Part shown: one piece after another, positions 17,750 to 27,162 of the stretch
Numbering within the stretch: the first letter of the stretch is position 1
Layout: each line of letters starts with the position of its first letter
Source: Verrucomicrobiota bacterium
GTDB lineage: Bacteria > Verrucomicrobiota > Verrucomicrobiia > Limisphaerales > CANJXF01
Length of the DNA: 64,000 bases
Reading direction: 5' to 3'
NCBI GenBank assembly: GCA_038214755.1
Contig: JBBQRQ010000001.1
Coordinates: 32,001-96,000, forward strand
Translations under genes and position numbers: made by a program
Notes under the pieces: model-generated
Databases searched by the model: none
What the model saw: only the letters and a program-made list of their open reading frames with translations
What the model was told of the DNA's origin: nothing

Positions 17750-20428
17750 ATGCGCAAGCTGCTTTCTTTTTCTCATTTCTTTTCTTTTAGTTTCGCGGTG
17801 ATTTGTTTTTTTGCAGCTACGCTGATTTCCGCGAAGATCGCAGCGGAAGAGATTCGTCCTGACCTTGATTATTTTCCGTCGCGTCTGCACGCCGCTATTT
17901 TTCGGAACTGGGACATTGTTCCGCACGAGCGGCTGGCGAAAGTTTTGGCCACAGATATTTCTGTCATTGAAAAGGCGGGCAAAGAACTTGGCCTGCATAA
18001 AGCAAAATCGCTCACGCCGGAGGAAATCCACCGCAACATCGAAATCGTTTTGCGCCGCAACTGGCCGCTTTTCCCGCGAAATCAAATTGAAGAACTGCTG
18101 AACTTTTCGCCGCAAGAATTTGACGAGTTTCTATCGAAGGAAATTTTTCTGCGCGCGCTATTGGCGAGTCCGCCGCCCGGTCTAACGCCGTTGAAATTCA
18201 CTTCGGAGGGACGCGCTCCGCAAGTCCCCTATCAAAAAGAAAATTCAGGGACTCGCGGAGCGCGTCCCTCCGAGGTTTTGGCAGCGCGGGTGCAATGGTT
18301 CGGCGAACAGGTTCGCAAGCATCTCAAAAATGTAGGTGACACGCCGGAGGAACCGAGACTCGCTTTCGTCTCGGAGCTTTGTCAGGCGCACAATCCGGAG
18401 GATTTTATTCGCGGAACAAGACCGAAGCCGGGCGACGCGGATTTGGGTTTGTTCAAGACGATTCACTTGTCATTTGAACCAGGAATTGTTTTGAAAAATG
18501 CCGCCAAGGATTTCTCCGATTATTGCGAACAGGTTCAGCACGCCAGAAAACTCAAGCTGTCCGATGCGGCGGATTCATCCCGTAAAATGATCTGGCTTGA
18601 TCTGACTACATCCTCCAATGCAACCGAAACTTATGCGCTGAAAATTTCTTCCGATTCGATTTCTCTATCGTCCGGCAGCGAACTTGGCCTCGCTCGCGGC
18701 CTGATGGAATTGGAAAGAAGAATGGCCGAGCGCGGCGGGCCTTTTCTTTCGCCAACGGATGAAACGAATTCTCCATCGTTTAGTCTGCGTTATGTCTCCT
18801 CCTATTTTTCGCTGCTGACCGATCCGCTCGGCCACGATTTGGATTACGGATTTTCCGACGGTTACTTGAATGAAATTTTTCATCAGGACGCCGATGGCAT
18901 TTGGCTCTACGTGTTGTTGAATGATCTGGTGCCGTCGCCGGTTTTTGAGGGGATGGGCGTTGGCAGCGAAGCGCGATTGCAGCGCCTGCGTGATCTGGTG
19001 AATCGCGCCGCTAAACGTGGTTTGAAAGTTTATCTTTATCTCAACGAACCGCGCGCGCAGTTCCTTCCGTTCTTCGACAAATATCCCGAAGTCAAAGGCC
19101 AGCCTGAGGGCAACACCGCCGCGCTTTGCACTTCAACTGATCTTGTGCAAAAACATTTGCGCGGTTCGTGCGAAAAATTATTCCGCGAAGTTCCTGGACT
19201 CGGTGGTGTCTTCGTCATCACTGCGAGCGAAAATCTTTCCAATTGTTACTCGCATCGCTACGGAAAAAATCTTCTGTGCCCGCGTTGCGCAAAGCGCACT
19301 CCAGCCGAGGTGGTCGCAGAAACCATTCGCTGCATGTCGGAAGGTGTTTGGGCCGCCGACCCGAAAGCCAAGTTCATCGTCTGGGATTGGAGCTGGCACT
19401 CGGTTCTCGGCGAAGAAGTTCCTGAACAAATCATTCAACGCTTGCCGAAAGGCGTCGGGCTGATGGCGGATTTTGAACGCGGCACCCGCATCGAACGCGG
19501 CGGAATTCCGATGAACGTCGAGGAATATTCCATTTCTACCATTGGTCCGTCACCGCGCGCGAAGATTCGGTCTGAACAAGCCAAAAAATTTGGTTTTGAT
19601 TTTCTCGCGAAGATTCAACTCTCGACCACATGGGAATGCGGAACCGTTCCGTTCATTCCAGTTCCAAATCTGCTTGCGCGAAAAGCGCAGGGAATGCGCA
19701 ACATCGGCGTGAATGGCGTGATGGCGACGTGGACGATCGGCAGTTATCCGTCACCGAATACCGAAGCGTTCGCAATTCAAAATTGGAATCCCAATCTGTC
19801 AGAGGAAGAAGTTTTGCGGAGAATCGCAGCGAAACGTTACGGACCGGCCGCAGTTGAAAGTGCCGTGCGCGGCTGGACAAAGTTAAGCGCAGCGTTCGCG
19901 GAAGAATTTCCCTTTTCGGTTTCGCCCTATTCCGCGCCACTCCAACACGGGCCCTCGCTACCGCTCTATCGCCGGGATATTCCGCCGCCTTACGGACAGG
20001 TGACTCTTTTTAATTGCAAAGATGATTGGCAACATTGGCCGCCGCCGTATTCGCCAGAAATGATGACGAAACTTTTGCGCCACCTGTGCGATCGATGGGA
20101 CGAAGGATTGAAAGATTTGCGCGAAGTGGTGGAGAGAAGCGGAGGGCGTCGCAAAATGGCCGAACGCGATTTAGGCGTCGCGTGGATGGTGGGTTATTAT
20201 TGGCGGGCTTACGCGAATGATCTGGAATTTTACAAAGCGCGCGACGGCGGAGATGCCACGGGCATGAAACAAATCGCAGCGGAAGAACTGAAAAATACTG
20301 AGCAAGCATTTCGGCTCGTGCGAAGTGATTCACGCTTCGGTTGGGAAGCGGAACTGCAATATTTTTATCGGCCTTTGGATGTCCTGGAACGATTGATTTC
20401 ACTCGACGCGGTGTTGCAGCCGCAATGA
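17750..20428 (+). CDS. Large exported putative glycoside hydrolase-like protein (GH20 domain-2-like plus barrel)
   Basis: Signal peptide, ETYALKIS...ISLS...GLARG, GLKVYLYLNEP; family uncertain. Confidence 0.65.
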   Translation: MRKLLSFSHFFSFSFAVICFFAATLISAKIAAEEIRPDLDYFPSRLHAAIFRNWDIVPHERLAKVLATDISVIEKAGKELGLHKAKSLTPEEIHRNIEIVLRRNWPLFPRNQIEELLNFSPQEFDEFLSKEIFLRALLASPPPGLTPLKFTSEGRAPQVPYQKENSGTRGARPSEVLAARVQWFGEQVRKHLKNVGDTPEEPRLAFVSELCQAHNPEDFIRGTRPKPGDADLGLFKTIHLSFEPGIVLKNAAKDFSDYCEQVQHARKLKLSDAADSSRKMIWLDLTTSSNATETYALKISSDSISLSSGSELGLARGLMELERRMAERGGPFLSPTDETNSPSFSLRYVSSYFSLLTDPLGHDLDYGFSDGYLNEIFHQDADGIWLYVLLNDLVPSPVFEGMGVGSEARLQRLRDLVNRAAKRGLKVYLYLNEPRAQFLPFFDKYPEVKGQPEGNTAALCTSTDLVQKHLRGSCEKLFREVPGLGGVFVITASENLSNCYSHRYGKNLLCPRCAKRTPAEVVAETIRCMSEGVWAADPKAKFIVWDWSWHSVLGEEVPEQIIQRLPKGVGLMADFERGTRIERGGIPMNVEEYSISTIGPSPRAKIRSEQAKKFGFDFLAKIQLSTTWECGTVPFIPVPNLLARKAQGMRNIGVNGVMATWTIGSYPSPNTEAFAIQNWNPNLSEEEVLRRIAAKRYGPAAVESAVRGWTKLSAAFAEEFPFSVSPYSAPLQHGPSLPLYRRDIPPPYGQVTLFNCKDDWQHWPPPYSPEMMTKLLRHLCDRWDEGLKDLREVVERSGGRRKMAERDLGVAWMVGYYWRAYANDLEFYKARDGGDATGMKQIAAEELKNTEQAFRLVRSDSRFGWEAELQYFYRPLDVLERLISLDAVLQPQ
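18203..18273. repeat. Family G doublet (TCGGAGGGACGCGCTCCGC...GCGGAGCGCGTCCCTCCGA) in frame inside the CDS
   Basis: 19-bp perfect inverted arms; encodes SEGRAPQVPYQKENSGTRGARPSE. Confidence 0.88.
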
Positions 20429-20799
20429 TTGGGAATGCTTTTCAGCACATCCCTTTCCTTCAATCCTTTAGTTTGAAAATGAAGCGTCTTTTTCATTCCT
20501 GCGCGGAAGGTGTTCAACTATTTTGCAGACGAAAAACCCTCTCCATTCACCGACGAATAAATATGAAAACTTTTTCTCAAAAAAATCTGGCACGCTACGT
20601 GTTCGTGTTGAGTTTTACGACGAGTGCGCCTATTTCTTACGCGTCGCTCAACCAACTCATCACGCAGATTTCGTGGATAAAATTGGAGCCGGGGAATGCG
20701 CGGGTTTCGCAGGCGAATGCTGGGCAAAAATAAAAGGCGTGTTTTTCAAAATCAATTTCATGGAAGGAAGTCCGCACAGGGTTGGGGTGAGCGTTGGGA

Positions 20800-20899
20800 A
20801 AAGCGGTAGAGGACTACCGCACTCCAAGACGCTCGCGCGTTGGATAATCGACTTGGAATGGCGCGAAGCGTCTTGGTGTGCGCCAGTCCTCTGGCGCTT
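20800..20899. repeat. Family L doublet (AAGCGGTAGAGGACTACCGCACTCCAAGACGCT...AGCGTCTTGGTGTGCGCCAGTCCTCTGGCGCTT)
   Basis: Imperfect inverted arms with internal hairpins. Confidence 0.75.
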
Positions 20900-20947
20900 G
20901 AGCGGATATTGAAACCCTAACTCGGAAATAAATCTTGGAATAATTTT

Positions 20948-21259
20948 ATGAAAGCGGTTTTGGAAAACTCATCTCTTCGCACCCGCCGGAGGCAGATGCT
21001 ACCCGATTTACCACGTCGCGAATTTTTGAAAACGTCTGCGTTGGCAGCCGGCGGAATTTTTGTCGCCGAAAATGTCGAGTGGGCGATTGAGAATCGCGCC
21101 GTTTATGATTTTCTTTCGCACCCTGCCGTGCTTTGCGCCAAAGACCCGGAGTTCAAAGCAATTGATTTGATTTGCGACCTTGTGAAAAACGCCGGCGACC
21201 GTGCTGAGTTGGTGGATTTGGAAACCATCGCTGGGCAAATGAAATCAACCAAAGCTTAG
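20948..21259 (+). pseudogene. Internally deleted gene: Tat signal (RREFLK) fused to a deacetylase-like C-terminus; family B arm at 20976-21004
   Basis: Signal peptide joined directly to VEWAIENRAVYDFLSHP... Confidence 0.55.
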
Positions 21260-21295
21260 AGATGTTCAGTTAACCTCAGAGCAATCAAATCACTC

Positions 21296-24200
21296 GTGGT
21301 GATTCTTCGAAATTTAATTCTCCTGTGTTTCGTCGCCATGAGTGGCGTTGCAGAGCAACTCGATTTGTCCAAACTTCCGCCGCCTTCGCCTCGGCAAATT
21401 GATTTTGTTCGGGACATTCAACCGATTCTTTCCGAGCGGTGTTATTCGTGCCACGGCGAGTTGAAACAGGAGAGCGAATTGCGCTGGGACACGAAATCCT
21501 CCGCGTTCAAAGGCGGCGCTTCCGGCAAAGTTATCATTCCCGGAAAAAGCAGCGAAAGCCGAATGATTCATCTCGTCGCTGGCTTGGAAAAAAATCTCGT
21601 CATGCCTAAAAAAGGCGAACGATTGACGGCGGAACAAATTGGTTTGCTACGGGCGTGGATTGATCAGGGCGCAAATTGGCCGGAGCAAGTCGCGCTACCG
21701 ACAACCAAAGACAAATCCGATTGGTGGAGTTTCAAACCAGCATCGCGTCCTGACTTGCCCCGGGGCGCGGCTGTGTCGGGCTCGACCAGCCGCAGCGCAT
21801 CGAAGAAAGAAGACGCAACAGATTTATCCCAGCGACCTTTCAATGCGAAGCCGCTGCGGCTGGGCAAAGACGACACAGCCGCGCTCCAAAAAAATTGGGC
21901 GCGAAATGAAATCGATCTTTTTATTTTGGCGAAGTTGCAGGAACAAAAATTAGGGCCGTCGCCGGAAGCGGATCGGCGCACGTTGATTCGCCGCTTGAGT
22001 TTTGATCTCACCGGTTTGCCGCCGTCGCCCGAAGAAGTGGAAAAATTTGTCAGCGACAAAAGTCCCAAGGCTTACGAAAAACTCGTGGATCGTTTGCTGG
22101 CGTCGCCGCGCTACGGCGAACGTTGGGCGCGACATTGGCTCGACGTGGTTCATTTCGGCGAGACGCACGGCTATGATAAAGACAAGCCGCGTCTCAATGC
22201 CTGGCCGTATCGCGATTACGTCATTCGTTCACTGAACAGCGACAAGCCGTATTCAAAATTTGTCGAGGAACAACTTGCCGGCGACGTGCTTCATCCTGAC
22301 AGCCCGGACGGAATCGTGGCGCTCGGTTTTATTGCCGCTGGTCCGTGGGACTTTGTCGGGCATGTCGAGTTGCCGATTGAAAAAACCGACGGACTGATCG
22401 CGCGCTACAACGATCGCGACGATATGGTGATGACGACGATTTCAACTTTTCAAAGTCTAACGGTCCACTGTGCGCGTTGTCACAATCACAAATTCGATCC
22501 GATCACGCAGAAAGATTATTACAGTTTGCAATCGGTCTTTGCCGGAGTGGATCGCGCAGATAGAAATTTTGATTCAGACAAATCGGTTCAAGTTAAGCGC
22601 CGGGATTTTAGTCAGGAGAAAAAACTTTTGGAGAATCAACTCGCTGTTTTGACGAACCAGATCGCCAGGGTTTCGAGTCCCGCACTTGAGAAACTCAATT
22701 CGCAATTGGCGAACTTGAAATCGCAATCGGGTGTCTCGGACACAGCCGAGAAAAGTCCGAGCAACGGTTATCACAGCGGAATTGCGAAAACCCCCCACGT
22801 CACGAAATGGGTTCAGGTGGATTTGGGCGCAGAAAAGCAAATCGATCAAATTCGTCTCGTGCCGGCGAGGCCGGTGGATTTTCCGAATACGCCGGGCTTT
22901 GGTTTCCCACTGCGCTTCCGTGTCGAAATGTCCGACGAATCAGAGTTCAAGAAAGGAGAGATTCTCGCGGACTTTAGCGGCTTCGATTTTAAAAATCCGG
23001 GCGACGATGCCTTCACGATTCTGGTGAACAAACAAGCGACGCGCTTTGTTCGCGTGACCGCGACAAAATTATGGAAACGCACCGATGATTATGTTTTTGC
23101 GCTGGCGGAACTACAGGTTTTTTCAAACGGCACAAACGTCACCGAACACGCTGAAGTTTCAGCGCTCGATTCGATTGAAGGCGGTTTGTGGTCCAAAAAA
23201 TTTCTGGTGGATGGTTTCAGCAGCCGAACCAAGCTGAAGCCTGTTGTTTCTGTCACTGAGCAAAAAAGCCACGACGATTTAGAAAACCAAATTCAAGCAG
23301 TCCAGGAACAGCGTTCCAAATTGGTGGACTCGTTGGTTCCTCCTTTGATCAAAAAAGATTTTCAGAGCGTCACGAATCGTCTCGGCGAGTTGGCTCGCGA
23401 GATCAGCGGTTTGCCGCCTCAGCAAAAAGTGTTTGCCGCCACGAGCGATTTTCCGCCGAACGGAAATTTCATTCCTGCAAAAGTCCCACGGCCAGTGCAT
23501 CTGCTCGCGCGCGGCGATGTGACACAACCTCGTGATTTGATGCGTGCTGCCGGAGTCGCTTCCGTTGCTGGACCCAATCCTGAATTTGAAATCTCAGATA
23601 CGAATAACGAAGGCGCTCGCCGCGCCGCTCTGGCCAAATGGATAACTGATCCGAAAAACATGCTGACGCGTCGGTCGATTGTGAATCGCGTTTGGCAATA
23701 TCATTTCGAGCGCGGCATCGTCGAGACGGCGAATGATTTCGGTCACATGGGCGCGTTGCCGACGCATCCCGAATTACTCGACTGGCTCGCATTTTGGTTT
23801 TTGGAAAATGGCGAGTCGTTGAAAACACTTCATCGCCTCATCGTCACCAGTGCGACGTATCGTCAAAGTTCATCAATCAATCCTGATCTCGCGAAGTTGG
23901 ACGCCGACAATCGTTTTCTTTGGCGGATGAATTGCGAACGACTCGATGCCGAATCGATTCGCGATTCAATGTTGCTGATTAGTGGGAAACTGGATCTGGC
24001 AATGGGCGGGCCATCTATTCAGCAATTCGGTTTCAAAGACGATCATTCGCCGGTCTATGATTACACGCAGTTCGACGGAAACAGCGCCGCTGCGTGCCGC
24101 CGGAGTATTTACAGTTTCACGGTGCGGAGCGCGCCTGATCCGTTGATGGAATCGCTGGATTGCCCGGACGCTTCCATTCTCGCGCCGAAACGAAATGTCA

Positions 24201-24451
24201 CCATGACTTCGTTGCAGGCGCTGGCCGTTTTGAATAATCCGTTCGTGTTGAAGCAATGCGCGAATCTGGCGAGCCGCGTTTCAAAATCTGGCGATTTAAA
24301 AATTCAGGTTGCCCAAGCTTTTCAACTCTCCTTGAATCGTGCGCCGACCGCCGACGAAATGAAAAAACTGATTCCGTTCGCGGAAAAAAACGGCATGGAA
24401 AATTTTTGTCGCCTCCTTTTCAACCTGTCTGAATTCATGTTTGTTGATTGA
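21296..24451 (+). CDS. Planctomycete cytochrome c / DUF1549 / DUF1553 protein with discoidin-like insert
   Basis: CYSCH and CARCH heme motifs, YGERWARHWLD, PTHPELLDWLA. Confidence 0.92.
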   Translation: MVILRNLILLCFVAMSGVAEQLDLSKLPPPSPRQIDFVRDIQPILSERCYSCHGELKQESELRWDTKSSAFKGGASGKVIIPGKSSESRMIHLVAGLEKNLVMPKKGERLTAEQIGLLRAWIDQGANWPEQVALPTTKDKSDWWSFKPASRPDLPRGAAVSGSTSRSASKKEDATDLSQRPFNAKPLRLGKDDTAALQKNWARNEIDLFILAKLQEQKLGPSPEADRRTLIRRLSFDLTGLPPSPEEVEKFVSDKSPKAYEKLVDRLLASPRYGERWARHWLDVVHFGETHGYDKDKPRLNAWPYRDYVIRSLNSDKPYSKFVEEQLAGDVLHPDSPDGIVALGFIAAGPWDFVGHVELPIEKTDGLIARYNDRDDMVMTTISTFQSLTVHCARCHNHKFDPITQKDYYSLQSVFAGVDRADRNFDSDKSVQVKRRDFSQEKKLLENQLAVLTNQIARVSSPALEKLNSQLANLKSQSGVSDTAEKSPSNGYHSGIAKTPHVTKWVQVDLGAEKQIDQIRLVPARPVDFPNTPGFGFPLRFRVEMSDESEFKKGEILADFSGFDFKNPGDDAFTILVNKQATRFVRVTATKLWKRTDDYVFALAELQVFSNGTNVTEHAEVSALDSIEGGLWSKKFLVDGFSSRTKLKPVVSVTEQKSHDDLENQIQAVQEQRSKLVDSLVPPLIKKDFQSVTNRLGELAREISGLPPQQKVFAATSDFPPNGNFIPAKVPRPVHLLARGDVTQPRDLMRAAGVASVAGPNPEFEISDTNNEGARRAALAKWITDPKNMLTRRSIVNRVWQYHFERGIVETANDFGHMGALPTHPELLDWLAFWFLENGESLKTLHRLIVTSATYRQSSSINPDLAKLDADNRFLWRMNCERLDAESIRDSMLLISGKLDLAMGGPSIQQFGFKDDHSPVYDYTQFDGNSAAACRRSIYSFTVRSAPDPLMESLDCPDASILAPKRNVTMTSLQALAVLNNPFVLKQCANLASRVSKSGDLKIQVAQAFQLSLNRAPTADEMKKLIPFAEKNGMENFCRLLFNLSEFMFVD
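21762..21887. repeat. Family F doublet in frame inside the DUF1549 gene
   Basis: GCGCGGCTGTGTCG...CAGCCGCAG / CTGCGGCTG...CGACACAGCCGCGC; intergenic sibling at 41084-41206. Confidence 0.88.
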
Positions 24452-25947
24452 TGAAAACCAATGCCCACATTTGTTCCTCGCAACAACAGCCCGTTCAACT
24501 CGGCGCGGGAGATTCCCGGCTCATTGACCGGCGCGAATTTCTCTGGCGCTTCGGCGGCGGACTCGGCGGGATTGCAATGGTTCATTTGCTCGGCGAAAAC
24601 GGATTGCTCGCCGAAGTGGCAAAACCGAAACAGGAATTCAATGGCGGCTTGCATTTTCCAGCGAAAGCCAAACGCGTCGTGCAACTTTTCATGTCGGGCG
24701 CGGCCAGCCAATGCGACACGTTTGATTACAAACCAGAACTTATCAAACGCGCTGGGCAAAAATTTGATCCGGGCGGAAAAGTGGAATTGTTTCAAAGCGA
24801 TCCGGGCGCGGTAATGAAAAGTCCGTGGGACTGGAAACAATACGGTCAATGCGGCAAATGGATTTCCGATTTGGTGCCGCACATCGGCTCGTGCGCCGAC
24901 GACATCACGTTCATTCATTCGATGATCTCGAAGTCAAACGTGCACGGCCCGGCCACGTTCATGCAAAACACCGGTTTTGTTTTTCCCGGATTTCCAAGTA
25001 TGGGCGGCTGGATCTCTTATGGGCTGGGAAGTCTCACGGAAAATTTGCCAACGTTCGTGGTGCTGCCCGATCCGCGGGGCCTTGCGCCAAACGGGCAGTC
25101 AAACTGGTCGGCTGGTTTTCTTCCCGCCGCGCATCAAGGCACGATGATTCGCATGGGGAAACCAAATCCAATTTATGATTTGTTTCCTCCAAAATCGGCG
25201 AACTTCATCACGCCCGAAAGCGAACGCGAAACACAAACGTTGCTCAAAGAATTAAATGAAATACATCTCGCCACGCGCGCGGGAGATTCGCGGCTCGATG
25301 CCCGAATCGCGTCGTACGAACTGGCCGCGAAGTTGCAACTGAGCGCGCCGGAAGTTTTGGATGTTTCAAGTGAGAGCGATGCGACAAAAAAACTTTATGG
25401 CCTCGACGAAAAAATCACGGAAGATTTTGGGCAACGTTGTCTGGTTGCGCGCCGGTTGCTGGAGCGCGGCGTTCGTTTTGTGCAGGTGTGGAGCGGGGCG
25501 GACAACGGATTTCCCCGACGCAACTGGGACAGTCACGAAGACCTTGCCAAAGATCATCTCGACATGGCGCGCAGCATGGACAAACCGGCGGCCGCGCTGC
25601 TCAAAGATTTGAAAGCGCGCGGAATGCTAGACGACACGATTGTTATTTGGACAACGGAGTTTGGCCGAATGCCGTGCAGTCAAGGGAGCAAAGGTCGCGA
25701 CCACAATCCATTTGCGTTCACGAGTTGGGTTGCGGGCGGCGGATTCAAAGGTGGAACTTCATTTGGCGAAAGCGATGAGTGGTCTTACAAGGCCGCGAAA
25801 GATCCGACTTATTGCTACGATCTACACGCGACGATTCTTCGGCAACTCGGCATCGACCATGAGAAATTGACCTTTCGTCACAACGGAATTGACCGGCGGT
25901 TGACCGATGTTCACGGGGAAGTGATTAAGGAAATTATTTCCGCCTGA
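24448..25947 (+). CDS. DUF1501 domain protein
   Basis: RREFL Tat motif, AKAKRVVQLFMSG, LLERGVRFVQV, TEFGR.P, GRDHN. Confidence 0.92.
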   Translation: MMKTNAHICSSQQQPVQLGAGDSRLIDRREFLWRFGGGLGGIAMVHLLGENGLLAEVAKPKQEFNGGLHFPAKAKRVVQLFMSGAASQCDTFDYKPELIKRAGQKFDPGGKVELFQSDPGAVMKSPWDWKQYGQCGKWISDLVPHIGSCADDITFIHSMISKSNVHGPATFMQNTGFVFPGFPSMGGWISYGLGSLTENLPTFVVLPDPRGLAPNGQSNWSAGFLPAAHQGTMIRMGKPNPIYDLFPPKSANFITPESERETQTLLKELNEIHLATRAGDSRLDARIASYELAAKLQLSAPEVLDVSSESDATKKLYGLDEKITEDFGQRCLVARRLLERGVRFVQVWSGADNGFPRRNWDSHEDLAKDHLDMARSMDKPAAALLKDLKARGMLDDTIVIWTTEFGRMPCSQGSKGRDHNPFAFTSWVAGGGFKGGTSFGESDEWSYKAAKDPTYCYDLHATILRQLGIDHEKLTFRHNGIDRRLTDVHGEVIKEIISA

Positions 25948-25980
25948 AGGTGAGGCGTGTTGAGCGTTCGGGAATTGAGT

Positions 25981-26178
25981 TCATTCATCGCGCGATGCCA
26001 ACTGCGCTGACCGACGAAGCAATGATTGTTTCCAACGATTCATTTCAATGTGGGAACGGAATTTTTGCGATGAAAAAGAAGGCAGCGTCGGCGATTCAGC
26101 AAGCGGCGCGACCATCTGATTTTCCGCCCAGATACGGAGCTTGGCTTTGTAATCGTCGGTATATTTTATGCGCTTCAT
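25981..26178 (-). CDS. Small hypothetical protein, possibly orphan partner of a TA-like pair
   Basis: 65 aa ORF (LP.FSSQKFRSH.EMN.WK); no intact partner follows. Confidence 0.45.
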   Translation of the reverse strand: MKRIKYTDDYKAKLRIWAENQMVAPLAESPTLPSFSSQKFRSHIEMNRWKQSLLRRSAQLASRDE

Positions 26179-26210
26179 TTAATTGAAAGTGGCCATTGCG
26201 GCAACGGAGA

Positions 26211-26350
26211 TTATTGCGAGAAGGCTGGTTTATTCTTAGGCCAGAGGTGGTTTTGTTCGTAGGCGTGCGCGATTTTCAAAATGGTTTCCTCGCCGAAAGG
26301 TTTGCCAAGGAGTTGGTGGCCGGTGGTAGTTCGGGATTTGTCGTGAAACC
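26211..26350 (-). pseudogene. Degenerate second copy of the gatA 3' end (matches ~27159-27293)
   Basis: Reads [33 protein letters not shown]...stop versus Gat[34 protein letters not shown]. Confidence 0.88.
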
Positions 26351-26365
26351 CCAGCGCAACTCAAC

Positions 26366-26599
26366 TCATTCGCGAACGGACAAAACTTTTTTGCGTCCCT
26401 CCGAGTGCAAGCGCAACGACAACCGACCGGCGCGCACCCATCGTTTTTCCGCGCCCGCCTCGCGCACCATTTCCAGCAGGTAATGGATAAGAGTGGAGGT
26501 GGCTGCTCCCTGTTTGTGGCGAAATCGCCGCCGTCCAATCGCCAGCGCCCCGAATGACTCTGCCTCAGCCGCCTCGGCCAAATTGATTTTAGGTTTCAT
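26366..26599 (-). CDS. Small basic protein coupled to the GNAT gene
   Basis: ATGA overlap with GNAT stop. Confidence 0.55.
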   Translation of the reverse strand: MKPKINLAEAAEAESFGALAIGRRRFRHKQGAATSTLIHYLLEMVREAGAEKRWVRAGRLSLRLHSEGRKKVLSVRE

Positions 26600-27162
26600 A
26601 AGGTGATCCAACTTTGAGCTTGAGCTAATTTAAAAAATTCTTCTGCCGAATCAACATCGAATGTGAATACGTCGTAATTCTCATCCGATTTCGCGGTCTG
26701 TTCGGTCATGCCGATTCCCCGATAAAACATCAGCGTCTTTGCATCCGCCAACGACTCCAGCCATATTCGTCCTGCCATTCCCAATTCTTTACTGCGTGCC
26801 ACGGCCACAGCGAGCAACGTCACGCCGACATATTTCAGACCGCCCGTTCGATTTCTTGGATTCGTCGCCAGATACTCTAGGACGAGGGCTTCCGAACGTC
26901 CAATTTTTCTCCCTTTCGCCTCTATCGCCATCAAGCCATGCAGTTCTTCTCCTACGACTGCTGCGTAACACTCAATCGACGACCGACTGCGTTGAGTGAT
27001 CGCAAAAATTCCAGCCCAATCCCACTCGCGGTCGAGAGCGTTCTCTTCGTAATCCCACTGCGATTGTGCGGCGATGTCGAGCCACGTTGCTCGATGAATT
27101 TCCCCATTGACCCTGGCGCTATTTGCTCTTTCGACAAAACGCGCGGCAACAGGAAATTTCAT
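26596..27162 (-). CDS. GNAT-family acetyltransferase (toxin-like)
   Basis: [10 protein letters not shown]...[23 protein letters not shown].....FY...GM; start overlaps gatA stop. Confidence 0.8.
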   Translation of the reverse strand: MKFPVAARFVERANSARVNGEIHRATWLDIAAQSQWDYEENALDREWDWAGIFAITQRSRSSIECYAAVVGEELHGLMAIEAKGRKIGRSEALVLEYLATNPRNRTGGLKYVGVTLLAVAVARSKELGMAGRIWLESLADAKTLMFYRGIGMTEQTAKSDENYDVFTFDVDSAEEFFKLAQAQSWITL

